Below are positions 1 through 8,924 of a DNA stretch of 64,000 nt, in pieces. The notes beneath the pieces were generated by a model. It searched no databases. It saw only the letters and a program-made list of their open reading frames with translations, and was not told the origin of the DNA. Within the stretch, counting starts at the first letter, position 1; each line of letters opens with the position of its first letter. The stretch lies in assembly GCA_020720625.1 (NCBI GenBank), contig DYOH01000008.1, forward strand, positions 11,517 through 75,516, read 5' to 3'. The DNA is from Acetofilamentum sp. GTDB lineage: Bacteria; Bacteroidota; Bacteroidia; Bacteroidales; DYOH01. A program made the position numbers and the translations under genes.

Positions 1-853
1 GCATTGTTTCGCCAATTTCGGCAGGCGATTCAACTACATGAATACCACATTCGCGCATAATCTGCATTTTAGCTTCGGCTGTATCGGCTTTTCCTCCAAT
101 AATTGCGCCTGCATGTCCCATACGCTTACCTTTAGGTGCCGTTCTACCTGCAATAAATCCAACTACCGGTTTAGTTCCGTTGGCTTTAATCCACTCGGCA
201 GCATCGGCTTCCATATTTCCACCAATTTCGCCAATCATAACAATGCCTTCAGTTTCCGGATCTTCCATAAGCATTTGAACAGCTTCTTTGGTTGTAGTAC
301 CAATAATGGGGTCGCCACCAATTCCGATAGCGGTAGTTTGACCTAAACCAACTTTGGTGAGTTGGTCCACAGCTTCGTAGGTGAGTGTGCCTGAGCGAGA
401 AACTACACCAATAGTACCTTTTTTGAAGATAAAACCGGGCATAATACCCACTTTAGCCTCTCCGGCAGTGATAATTCCGGGGCAGTTTGGCCCAATAACG
501 CGGCTTTGCTTGTCTGAAAGGTATTCTTTTACTTTTACCATATCAGAAGTCGGAATTCCCTCGGTAATAGTAACAATAACCTTAATACCGGCATCGGCAG
601 CTTCCATAATGGCATCGGCGGCAAAGGCCGGTGGCACGAAAATAAGGCTAACATCGGCTCCTGTAGCCTGCACTGCGTCTTTCACTGTGTTGAAAACCGG
701 AAGATTAAGATGCAAGGTACCGCCTTTTCCTGGGGTTACTCCACCTACAACTTTTGTACCGTATTCAAGCATTTGCTGGGCATGAAATGTACCTTCACCT
801 CCAGTAAAACCCTGAACAATAACTTTTGAATTTTTGTTTACTAAAACACTCAT
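1..853 (-). CDS. sucD: Succinyl-CoA ligase alpha subunit (C-terminal few residues beyond window edge)
   Basis: Absent from the ORF track because it is open at the window edge. My minus-strand translation from the ATG at 853-851 reads [45 protein letters not shown]...[12 protein letters not shown]...[19 protein letters not shown]. This includes the CoA-binding GFTG motif and the catalytic-His loop MGHAGAI. The + strand ORFs at 38-346 and 381-785 are its shadows. Confidence 0.93.
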   Translation of the reverse strand, partial: MSVLVNKNSKVIVQGFTGGEGTFHAQQMLEYGTKVVGGVTPGKGGTLHLNLPVFNTVKDAVQATGADVSLIFVPPAFAADAIMEAADAGIKVIVTITEGIPTSDMVKVKEYLSDKQSRVIGPNCPGIITAGEAKVGIMPGFIFKKGTIGVVSRSGTLTYEAVDQLTKVGLGQTTAIGIGGDPIIGTTTKEAVQMLMEDPETEGIVMIGEIGGNMEADAAEWIKANGTKPVVGFIAGRTAPKGKRMGHAGAIIGGKADTAEAKMQIMRECGIHVVESPAEIGETM

Positions 854-882
854 TATATTGTTGTTTTTTAATTTTCGATTTC

Positions 883-890
883 CAAAAGTA
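883..890 (-). promoter_or_regulatory. Bacteroidota-type -7 box (TACTTTTG) upstream of sucD
   Basis: The minus strand reads TACTTTTG, matching the TAnnTTTG consensus, about 30 nt upstream of the sucD ATG. No clean TTG -33 element was seen. Confidence 0.45.
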
Positions 891-1193
891 AACGATTTCG
901 ATTAAAAAAAAAACATATTTTCAGATATGTGTATCTGTAGTGCGTATGTTATTCAATAGGGCTTTTGGGGAAATTTGTAGCCATTTTTTTGTTAAGTTAT
1001 TGATTTATAAATTCTAATGTACTTAATTGAATGTTTTTGCATCCTTTTATATATTCGGGCATTCTTGTTTGAATGCTGTTGGTCATCTGTTTTTCTTTTA
1101 AAAATCGCATTCAGGCCTTTCATTTACCAGCATGACAATAGTTATAAATAAATGAATCAATCAATGTTGTTTTTTTTGTAAATAATAGATTTT

Positions 1194-1270
1194 TAGCGTT
1201 AGCGGCGTTTATTGTAAAAAAGAATATTTTCGGGATGTTTTTGCGCCGAATAATGGCGATATTTGTAAAA
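1194..1270. repeat. REP-like units (GC-rich mini-hairpin plus A/T-rich TTGTA box)
   Basis: Two units are present: tagcgttagcggcg-tttattgtaaaa and gcgcc-gaataat-ggcg-atatttgtaaaa. They belong to the same family as the units at 29054-29225. Confidence 0.5.
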
Positions 1271-1441
1271 TAAATAATACCGATTTGCATTCATCTGCGT
1301 AATTTTAAATTACTATGAAAGCAAATCGGCATTATGCAAAGTTCTTGTTATCCGTGCTACGGCGGTTTGGCATAAGGTTCAGATATCACATCATATCCTT
1401 GTGAGCGTATGATGGTATAAGATTTCAGCTCTTACAGCCTT

Positions 1442-1470
1442 AAAAAAAAAGGTCAGTTATTTAACTGATC
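1442..1470 (-). terminator. Putative intrinsic terminator of the rnf operon
   Basis: The minus strand reads TCAGTT-AAAT-AACTGA followed by CC and T9, about 75 nt after the rnfA stop. The stem is short (6 bp, AT-rich). Confidence 0.5.
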
Positions 1471-1543
1471 ATGGATTTTGTGTAATATTCTAATTGTCAG
1501 ATACTTATATGCTAAATGCCATTGCATTATTATACTATTTTAT

Positions 1544-2119
1544 TTAGGCAATGCCGGCAAATCCCATAAATGCCATTGCAAGTAAACCTGCCAAAACCAA
1601 AGCTATCGGTACACCTTTCATTCCTTCAGGCACATCAATTAAATCTAAGTGTTCGCGCATTCCAGAAAAAAGTATGAGCGCCAAGCCAAAACCAAGGGCA
1701 TTGGCAAATGCAAATACTGTGCTTTCCATCAGATTAAAATCTTTGTTCATTGCCGTCATTATAGCCACACCCAAAACAGCGCAGTTGGTTGTTATTAAAG
1801 GTAAAAAGATTCCCAAAGCCTGGTATAGCGATGGGCTTACTTTTTTTAGTACAATTTCAACCATCTGCACCAGTGCTGCAATTACCAGGATAAAGGTGAT
1901 TGTTTGCATAAATGTAATTCCCAGTGGTTCAAGTACATATTTTTGCAACAAAAAAGTTACAATAGTAGCTAATACCATCACAAAAGTAACGGCACCTGTC
2001 ATTCCCAAGGCAGTGCTAATTTTGGTTGAAACACCTAAAAAAGGGCAAACTCCAAGGAATTTAGCCAATACAATATTGTTTACAAAAATGGCCGATATGA
2101 TAATTAATATATATTCCAT
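1544..2119 (-). CDS. rnfA: Rnf electron-transport complex subunit A
   Basis: A 191-aa polytopic membrane protein. The N-terminus, IFVNNIVLAKFLGVCPFLGVS, is typical of RnfA/NqrE-type subunits. It is the last gene of the contiguous rnf cluster. Confidence 0.93.
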   Translation of the reverse strand: MEYILIIISAIFVNNIVLAKFLGVCPFLGVSTKISTALGMTGAVTFVMVLATIVTFLLQKYVLEPLGITFMQTITFILVIAALVQMVEIVLKKVSPSLYQALGIFLPLITTNCAVLGVAIMTAMNKDFNLMESTVFAFANALGFGLALILFSGMREHLDLIDVPEGMKGVPIALVLAGLLAMAFMGFAGIA

Positions 2120-2122
2120 GGC

Positions 2123-2716
2123 TTATTTTTTATAGAGTTTTTTGTTTAATTTGTTGGAGAGTGCAATTAAGTAACCCAACACGAGGAATGCTCCCGGAGC
2201 CAGCACAAAAATCAAGGCACCATCACCACTGTATACATCAATTCCGAAAAATTTGCCTGAGCCCAGAATTTCTCTAATTGCGCCCAGAATTGTAAGCGCC
2301 ATGGCAAATCCTAGTCCAATTCCGGCACCATCGAGAATAGAGTCAATGGCCCTGTTTTTTGATGCAAAGGCTTCAGCCCGGCCTAAAATAATGCAGTTTA
2401 CTACAATAAGGGGTATAAAAATACCCAATGCTTCGAATAATGATGGAGCATAAGCTTGCATGGTAAGTTCTACAATAGTAACAAAAGAAGCAATAATGAC
2501 AATATAGGATGGTATGCGCACTTTATCCGGAATAAAATCTTTCACCAGCGAAACCACCATATTAGACATAATAAGCACAAAAGTGGTGGCTAATCCCATT
2601 CCTAATCCATTAATGGCCGATGTGGTAACACCCAGTGTTGGACACATTCCAAGCAGCAATACAAAAACCGGATTTTCTTTTAGAAATCCTTTGGCAAATA
2701 TTTGTAGTTTATTCAT
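2123..2716 (-). CDS. rnfE: Rnf complex subunit E
   Basis: A 197-aa membrane protein with NPVFVLLLGMCPTLGVTTS, the RnfE/NqrD signature. It lies 3 nt upstream of rnfA. Confidence 0.92.
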   Translation of the reverse strand: MNKLQIFAKGFLKENPVFVLLLGMCPTLGVTTSAINGLGMGLATTFVLIMSNMVVSLVKDFIPDKVRIPSYIVIIASFVTIVELTMQAYAPSLFEALGIFIPLIVVNCIILGRAEAFASKNRAIDSILDGAGIGLGFAMALTILGAIREILGSGKFFGIDVYSGDGALIFVLAPGAFLVLGYLIALSNKLNKKLYKK

Positions 2717-3296
2717 GTTTTCCTCCTTTCATATATGCTTGATAAGCTCTATCAATAGCATCAACAAATCCTCTGGAAGTAAATGTTGCGGCTGTAATAG
2801 CATCAACATCTCCACCATCTTTTTTAACTTTTAGTTCGAAATTGGCCGGATTTTTTCCGTTTACCTGATTGCTCCAGTCCGATTTGTTTTTGTCCATTTT
2901 ATCGCCCAATCCCGGAGTTTCTTTGTGCGAAAGCACGGCTGTATTTATAATGCTTCCGTCGGGAGCAAAGCCAACCATGATAAAAAATCGTTCAGTAAAA
3001 CCTGCATCAGTATAGGTAGAAATGGCTGTACCGATGAGCTTTCCGTCTTTCTTTGCCGGATAACAAACCAAAGAATCGTCGTTCTCCACCGGAAGTTTGT
3101 AGGCCTCGGCACTAGGGTTGTTGTCGAAAGCAGGTGTTACATTGGCTATCGCTTTTAGGGTTTTTTGCAGCTTTGCTGCTTCAATAGGTGTTTTTGTAAG
3201 TTCGTATACATAACCGAGTGTGGCCGAAGCTATTCCGGTAACAATCAGCAATGTAAGTACCATATTGATAAATGTTGATTCTTTTTTACTTGCCAT
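2709..3296 (-). CDS. rnfG: Rnf complex subunit G (FMN-binding)
   Basis: 195 aa with an N-terminal TM anchor and an FMN_bind-like region, ETPGLGDK...DAITAATFTSRG. It overlaps rnfE by 8 nt and rnfD by 11 nt. Confidence 0.9.
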   Translation of the reverse strand: MASKKESTFINMVLTLLIVTGIASATLGYVYELTKTPIEAAKLQKTLKAIANVTPAFDNNPSAEAYKLPVENDDSLVCYPAKKDGKLIGTAISTYTDAGFTERFFIMVGFAPDGSIINTAVLSHKETPGLGDKMDKNKSDWSNQVNGKNPANFELKVKKDGGDVDAITAATFTSRGFVDAIDRAYQAYMKGGKHE

Positions 3297-4290
3297 TTTT
3301 TATTATCTCCCCAAATCTTTTAGGTTTAACATATCGGTTTAAGATGGGCACTACTGCATTCATGATTAGTATAGCAAAGGAAACACCTTCCGGATAGGCA
3401 CCAAAATTACGAATAACTACCGTTAATACTCCAATTCCAAGGGCGTAATAGACCATTGCTTTTTTGTTCATTGGCGAAGTAACGTAGTCTGTTGCCATAA
3501 ATATTGCGCCAAGCATTAATCCACCGGAAATAAGGTGAAAAACGGGATCGGCAAATGCGCCCGGATTAGCTAACCATAAACCACCTTGCATCAAAAAAAC
3601 GGTGGTAAAAATGGTGATAGGAATATGCCAACTGATTACTCCCCTGATGAGCATATAGATTAGGCCAATAATTAAGGCCAAAGCACTAACTTCACCAAGT
3701 GAGCCTGTCATTTGACCTAAAAACATATCCATTTGCGAGGGCATTTGGCTTATTATGGCCGGAACATTTTGTCCGTTCATAACACCTTCTTTTAATTGCC
3801 CGAGAGCCGTGGGGCCTGTAATGGCATCGAGGTATTTCATTCTGTTTTCAATGGGTACAGGCCAGCTGGTCATTTGTACCGGGAAAGAAATTAGCAGAAA
3901 GACACGAGCCACCAAAGCCGGATTGAAAATATTGTTTCCAATACCTCCGAACGACATTTTAGCAACAGCAATGGCTATAAAAGAGCCCAAAACAACCAGG
4001 AATGGATTAAGATTGCTTGGCACATTAAAGGCGATAAGAAGCCCGGTTAGGGCTGCCGATCCATCCATCACTGTTGATGGTTTTTTTAAAATATAACGTG
4101 TAATAAGGTACTCGAAAACAATGGCTGAAATTACCGCTGTAAGGGAGATGATTATTGCACCAAGTCCATAGAAAAAAATGGCCACTATAAAGGCAGGCAA
4201 TAAAGCAATTAGTACATCGTACATTAGCCTGCTTACCGATTCTTTTCCTTTTTCGTGGGGCGAAAGTGCAAGGCTTAATAGTTTACTCAT
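3286..4290 (-). CDS. rnfD: Rnf complex subunit D
   Basis: A polytopic protein with SPH near the N-terminus and SGGLMLGAIFMATD, the RnfD/NqrB FMN-attachment region. The ORF track extends to 4368, but that extension overlaps the end of rnfC. I start at MSKLLSLALSPH (ATG at 4290). Confidence 0.9.
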   Translation of the reverse strand: MSKLLSLALSPHEKGKESVSRLMYDVLIALLPAFIVAIFFYGLGAIIISLTAVISAIVFEYLITRYILKKPSTVMDGSAALTGLLIAFNVPSNLNPFLVVLGSFIAIAVAKMSFGGIGNNIFNPALVARVFLLISFPVQMTSWPVPIENRMKYLDAITGPTALGQLKEGVMNGQNVPAIISQMPSQMDMFLGQMTGSLGEVSALALIIGLIYMLIRGVISWHIPITIFTTVFLMQGGLWLANPGAFADPVFHLISGGLMLGAIFMATDYVTSPMNKKAMVYYALGIGVLTVVIRNFGAYPEGVSFAILIMNAVVPILNRYVKPKRFGEIIKNGK

Positions 4291-4318
4291 AGTAAATAAG
4301 TATATTTCGTTAAAAAAA

Positions 4319-5653
4319 TTAGTTCGATTTACGTTGACGAATGATTTGACCAACTTTGTTTTTTCCAAGTCGGATATAATCTAATAATGGTCTGTTTGAT
4401 GGACAAACAAAACTACAGGAGCCACATTCGATACAATCCATTACTCTCTCGTTTTCCATTCTGTCCCAAATTTTTCTCTCGCCAACTGTCATCAGCAAAA
4501 AGGGTTCAAGTCCCATTGGGCATACATTTACACATTTAGCGCATCTGATGCAAGCTTTGGTTTCCGCTCTGAATGCTTCGTCCTTGCTGAGCAGCAGAAT
4601 ACCAGAGGTACCTTTAGCAACCGGTGCATCAAGGCTATTGAGTGCCTTTCCCATCATGGGGCCACCGCTAATTACTTTGCCTGTATTTTCGGGTAAACCT
4701 CCGGCAGCATCAATAAGCTGCATTGTAGGCGTACCGATTCGCACCAATAAATTTTTGGGTGATTTTACAAATTTTCCCGTTACTGTAACAACACGTTCAA
4801 ATAAAGGTTTGTTTTTTTGCACTGCTTCGTAAACAGCAAAGGCAGTACCCACATTATGAACCACAGCTCCAACATCAATAGGAAGTGCGCCGGAAGGTAC
4901 CTCACGATTAATAATGGCTTTAATGAGTTGTTTTTCGCCTCCTTGCGGATATTTTACTTTTAGAGCTTGAATTTCAATTCCTTGAAACCCCTTGCTGAGT
5001 GTTGTCAATTTCTCTATGGCATCAGGTTTGTTATTTTCAATCCCGATAATCGCTTTATCTACCCCAAGGGCTTTCATAAGTAGCTGTGTGCCAACCATAA
5101 GTTCACTACTTTTTTCCATCATCAGGCGGTGGTCGGAGGTAAGGTATGGTTCGCATTCCACACCGTTAATAATTAGTATATCTGCTTTTTTACCGCCGGG
5201 AACAGCCAGTTTTACATGAGTAGGGAATGTGGCACCGCCTAAGCCAACAATGCCGGCCTCGGTAATTTTTTTAAGAATTTCTTCTTTACTATAGCTAATT
5301 TGCTTGATTAAGTCGTTGCTTTTTAGTATATTGTCATCCCATTCGTCGCCTTCCACATCAATTATAACTACATCTTTGCGGTAGCCGGATGTGTCGAAAA
5401 CCTTGTCTATTTTGGCAATGGTTCCCGAAACCGATGAATGAATGTTGGCAGAAACAAATCCACCACTTGATGCAATAATCTGTCCAACTTTAACTTTGTC
5501 TTTTCTGTTTACAATAATTTTGGCCGGTGCACCTATATGTTGAGAAACCGGAATAGCCACTTGCTTTGGAAGTGGCAATATTTCGATGGGTTTATCGGCA
5601 CTTATTTTATTTTCCGGTGGATGTACACCACCTTTTGGAAATGTTCTAAGCAT
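4319..5653 (-). CDS. rnfC: Rnf complex subunit C (NADH-binding, 2x[4Fe-4S])
   Basis: 444 aa with two ferredoxin motifs, CIRCAKCVNVCP and CIECGSCSFVCP, and a GLGGATFPTHVK nucleotide-binding region. Confidence 0.93.
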   Translation of the reverse strand: MLRTFPKGGVHPPENKISADKPIEILPLPKQVAIPVSQHIGAPAKIIVNRKDKVKVGQIIASSGGFVSANIHSSVSGTIAKIDKVFDTSGYRKDVVIIDVEGDEWDDNILKSNDLIKQISYSKEEILKKITEAGIVGLGGATFPTHVKLAVPGGKKADILIINGVECEPYLTSDHRLMMEKSSELMVGTQLLMKALGVDKAIIGIENNKPDAIEKLTTLSKGFQGIEIQALKVKYPQGGEKQLIKAIINREVPSGALPIDVGAVVHNVGTAFAVYEAVQKNKPLFERVVTVTGKFVKSPKNLLVRIGTPTMQLIDAAGGLPENTGKVISGGPMMGKALNSLDAPVAKGTSGILLLSKDEAFRAETKACIRCAKCVNVCPMGLEPFLLMTVGERKIWDRMENERVMDCIECGSCSFVCPSNRPLLDYIRLGKNKVGQIIRQRKSN

Positions 5654-5674
5654 ATTTGAAATATTTTTTACGGT

Positions 5675-6547
5675 TTAAGCATTTGATTGATTAATATCTG
5701 CACCCGAATCTTCTTTTTTTAGTTTTCTGGGCGGAAAACCAATTTCGAGAATCGAATTCGTAGGGCAAACGTCTACGCATTTGCGGCATAATCTGCATTT
5801 ATCACTATCAATAAAAGCCAGATTGTTACCAATTGTGATTGCATCGTACTCGCAAACTTTTAAACATTTGGAGCATCCGATACACCCAACTTGGCAAACT
5901 TTAGTTGTGGTTGCTCCTTTGTCCTGACTAACACACGATACGAATATTTTGCGGTCTTTTTTGTTTTTTGTGCGAAGTTCAATAATATCGCGCGGACAAG
6001 CTACAACGCATGCACCACAAGCAGTACAAAGCTCGTCTATAACTTCGGGTAGCATTGTATTGGGGTTCATGTGAATAGCATCAAATTTACAAGCTTCAAC
6101 ACATTCTCCTCCGCCGAGGCATCCGTATTGGCAGGCTGTATCTCCGGCACCCATCATGTGTTCTATGGTGCATGATATCGGGCCGTCGTATACATTTATT
6201 CTCGCTCTGAACTTTGGCTGTCCGTTGCATTTTACTACGGCAACCTTAGGGGCTTGTTGGGCTACTTCTTTACCCAGAATTTTTGCCACTTTGGCCATGG
6301 TTTCGTTGCCTCCTACAGGGCAAAAAAGCGAGTCTAAATTATCCGCTTTCACGCAGGCATCAGCAAAATTACGGCATCCGGGATATCCGCATCCACCGCA
6401 GTTGGCGCTAGGTAGCGCTTCTTCAACCTGATCGATACGGGGGTCTTCGAATACTTTAAATTTTTGAGCCGCAAAATATAAAATAGTGGCTGCTGTAACT
6501 CCAACAGCTGTAACCGTTAAAATGGTATACAAAACAATTTCGCTCAT
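5675..6547 (-). CDS. rnfB: Rnf complex subunit B (polyferredoxin)
   Basis: 290 aa with an N-terminal TM helix, CGGCGYPGCRNFA, and several CxxCxxCxxxCP clusters. Confidence 0.92.
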   Translation of the reverse strand: MSEIVLYTILTVTAVGVTAATILYFAAQKFKVFEDPRIDQVEEALPSANCGGCGYPGCRNFADACVKADNLDSLFCPVGGNETMAKVAKILGKEVAQQAPKVAVVKCNGQPKFRARINVYDGPISCTIEHMMGAGDTACQYGCLGGGECVEACKFDAIHMNPNTMLPEVIDELCTACGACVVACPRDIIELRTKNKKDRKIFVSCVSQDKGATTTKVCQVGCIGCSKCLKVCEYDAITIGNNLAFIDSDKCRLCRKCVDVCPTNSILEIGFPPRKLKKEDSGADINQSNA

Positions 6548-6549
6548 AA

Positions 6550-7032
6550 TTAATTGTTAATGAGATTAATCTTTGGTAAATCCCTTAGCAATTCTGTTTT
6601 TTTGACAGAAAATCTAAAGGTGTTTTTTATTTTATTTTTGAATAGGAAAAGCAAAAGGTAATAGGGTAATAGGCTAAAGATAGCGGCAAGTCCATAGATT
6701 AATTCGCTATATTTGAGTTTTTGACCTATTATCAGGATAAAAAACATGATTAGAAAAGGAAAGATATAACCCAAAAAAAGTGCAAGAAATCCTAATTCTT
6801 GTTGGTAATATACTTTAACTTTTTCTCCGCCCACAAAATTTTGACCCGGATTTGTTGCCACTTCTATCTCTTTTTCTTCAATCTCCGATAAGGTGCAAGC
6901 ACCTTTTAATTGGCAAGAAACGCAAGCAGCCTTATTTAAGATACTTACAATCATAAAATCGCGCTCAATACGCTTTATAATGCCGTCGTGTTCGATGATT
7001 TTGTTCACTTTGCACAAAATTTTAATAGGCAA
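6550..7032 (-). CDS. SoxR-reducing-system RseC-family membrane protein (start uncertain)
   Basis: IIEHDGIIKRIE...VSILNKAACVSCQLKGAC is followed by two TM helices, the usual layout of RseC/MucC-like proteins that precede rnf operons. The track start is a TTG at 7032 that sits inside a TAACTTTG -7 box. The GTG at 7008 (VNKIIEHDG) is therefore a more plausible start. Confidence 0.75.
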   Translation of the reverse strand: MPIKILCKVNKIIEHDGIIKRIERDFMIVSILNKAACVSCQLKGACTLSEIEEKEIEVATNPGQNFVGGEKVKVYYQQELGFLALFLGYIFPFLIMFFILIIGQKLKYSELIYGLAAIFSLLPYYLLLFLFKNKIKNTFRFSVKKTELLRDLPKINLINN

Positions 7033-7037
7033 AGTTA
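7030..7037 (-). promoter_or_regulatory. Bacteroidota-type -7 box (TAACTTTG) for the rseC-rnf operon
   Basis: The minus strand reads TAACTTTG, about 22 nt upstream of the GTG at 7008. A 14-nt direct repeat, TTATTTAAATTGAT, occurs further upstream at 7091-7104 and 7147-7160. Confidence 0.45.
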
Positions 7038-7181
7038 GTGCTGCTGTAGAAACTAAATAATCTGTAGAGCAGGTTTACACAATTTTTTGATTATTTAAAT
7101 TGATTCTAAATTAGAATGCCATGTATGTATATATAAATCAATCAATTTATTTAAATTGATAAAAATTGAATATACGAAAAA

Positions 7182-7841
7182 TTATTGAGCTATGCCGAAG
7201 TTTATTCCAAAATATAATTTGAGATGTAAAAGAAATGGCTCGTAATCGTCAATTTCTTCAATTTTTTTTGGTTGAATCCAATAGGCGTAGTGTTGTTTGT
7301 AGCCCGCACCTATCCAAATATCAAGGGCACTAGATGCAAGAACGTTTTGGTTTCCGATAATAATACCATAGTCCATGTATCTGAATTGTGTGATATATCC
7401 AAAATTTACATAATATTCGTCGAAGAAATCTGCTTTTGAATAAGAGAAATGCGGTGCAATATAGTAGCCCCAGGATGGTGCATTTTTATTTTTGAAGTAT
7501 AGTCTGTATTCCAATTGAACTCTAAAGCCATTTACTTTTGTTTTTGCTTGGTTTTGATAAGAGGAGTCCATCATTTCGCTCATTGTAAGCAATAAGCTTT
7601 TGCCTAGATATGAGGCACCCACCACGAGCGATTGTCTTGGCATGATAAGGGTTTCGTAAACCAACCGATATTCAGCAGAAAAAGGAATCGGGCCCCAAAG
7701 TATAGCCATGGGATTTGTTTTAATGATGGTGCCACTGCCAACTTGCAATTGCGTTTTTGGAAGTGCCTCCGTTTGCGCATTTAAGTTTATGGCAGCAGAA
7801 ATGGCAATCCAACAAATCAATATGTAGCGCAAAAGATTCAT
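7182..7841 (-). CDS. Hypothetical secreted protein, possible outer-membrane beta-barrel
   Basis: 219 aa with a signal peptide (ISAAINLNAQ) and an alternating aromatic/hydrophobic pattern ending in YFGINFGIAQ. It overlaps the tsaD stop by 4 nt. I do not recognise a family. Confidence 0.6.
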   Translation of the reverse strand: MNLLRYILICWIAISAAINLNAQTEALPKTQLQVGSGTIIKTNPMAILWGPIPFSAEYRLVYETLIMPRQSLVVGASYLGKSLLLTMSEMMDSSYQNQAKTKVNGFRVQLEYRLYFKNKNAPSWGYYIAPHFSYSKADFFDEYYVNFGYITQFRYMDYGIIIGNQNVLASSALDIWIGAGYKQHYAYWIQPKKIEEIDDYEPFLLHLKLYFGINFGIAQ

Positions 7842-8857
7842 ATAGGCATTCTGGCTATTGGAACTGTAGATAAATCGGAAAATTCGGCATTAAGGTATTT
7901 AAAATAAGCCGTAATACCAATCATGGCGGCATTATCGGTGGTAAATTTAGCTTGCGGAATATGAATATTTATGTGGTTCTTTTCTCCAAATGCGATTGCC
8001 GCTTTACGTAAGCCGCTGTTTGCCGATACACCGCCGGCAATGGCAAAATCTTTTACGCCAGTTTCTTTTACTGCTTTTTTTACCTTATTGAGCAAAATAT
8101 CTACAATGGTATGCTGTAGTGAAGCGCATAAATCGTTTTTGTTTTCTTCAATAAAATGCGGATTTTGTTTAATTTGGTCTCTTACAAAATACAAGAACGA
8201 AGTTTTAAGGCCACTAAAGCTATAATTGAGATGCTGAATTTTAGGTTTATTGAACTGAAAAGCCAGAGGATTTCCGGTTTCGGATAATTTATCGATAATT
8301 GGACCTGCAGGATATGGCAAGCCAATGGTTTTGCCGCATTTGTCGAATGCTTCGCCTGCTGCATCGTCTATGGTTTGGCCAATGGTTTCCATATCGAAAT
8401 AGTTATTAACCAGCATTAACTGCGTGTGGCCGCCTGAAACCAAAAGACAGATGAATGGAAATTTGGGAACTTCTTTTATTAGGTTTTTCTCCTGTATAAA
8501 GTGAGCTAAAATGTGCCCTTGCAAATGATTAACTTCTATAATTGGAATGTTGTTGGCAATAGAAAATCCTTTAGCAAAGGAAGTACCAACAAGCAGGGAG
8601 CCTAGTAATCCGGGGCCACGTGTAAAGGCAATGGCATTGAGTTGTGTTGGGGCAATATTGGCTTCTTTTAGTGCCAAATCAACCACCGGGATAATATTTT
8701 GTTGATGCGCTCGGGAAGCTAATTCCGGTACCACACCTCCATACTTCAGGTGGGCACTTTGTCCGGCAACAATGTTAGAAAGCAGTGTGGTGTCTTGCAA
8801 AACCGCTGCCGATGTATCGTCGCAACTAGATTCTATGCTGAGTATTGTAATGCTCAT
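7838..8857 (-). CDS. tsaD: tRNA N6-adenosine threonylcarbamoyltransferase
   Basis: Motifs seen are ILSIESSCDDTSAAV, GGVVPELASRAH, LVSGGHT and IAGGVSANSGLR. The track ORF begins 34 codons upstream at 8959 and overlaps the preceding gene. Homology begins at MSITILSIESS (ATG at 8857). Confidence 0.92.
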   Translation of the reverse strand: MSITILSIESSCDDTSAAVLQDTTLLSNIVAGQSAHLKYGGVVPELASRAHQQNIIPVVDLALKEANIAPTQLNAIAFTRGPGLLGSLLVGTSFAKGFSIANNIPIIEVNHLQGHILAHFIQEKNLIKEVPKFPFICLLVSGGHTQLMLVNNYFDMETIGQTIDDAAGEAFDKCGKTIGLPYPAGPIIDKLSETGNPLAFQFNKPKIQHLNYSFSGLKTSFLYFVRDQIKQNPHFIEENKNDLCASLQHTIVDILLNKVKKAVKETGVKDFAIAGGVSANSGLRKAAIAFGEKNHINIHIPQAKFTTDNAAMIGITAYFKYLNAEFSDLSTVPIARMPI

Positions 8858-8924
8858 ACTAATGATTTGAAGCAAAAATACAGAGAAAGAAGCAATATAA
8901 AAAATGTTTCGATTAGCTAAAAAC

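Noticed and set aside
38-785. Two + strand ORFs (38-346 and 381-785).
   Set aside because: Both lie antisense to the open-ended sucD reading frame, which translates into a full succinyl-CoA ligase alpha subunit.
1551-2135. A 194-aa + strand ORF.
   Set aside because: It lies entirely antisense to rnfA, whose product has unmistakable RnfA motifs. Its own translation is low-complexity and P/K/T-rich with no recognisable features, so it is a shadow ORF.
3286-4368. N-terminal extensions in the ORF track for rnfD. The same applies to tsaD (to 8959), OmpA paralog 1 (to 33609), pnuC (to 45807) and the pentapeptide-repeat protein (to 39253).
   Set aside because: The extensions overlap the preceding gene and precede the point where homology or the signal peptide begins. 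Internal ATGs give the expected N-termini.
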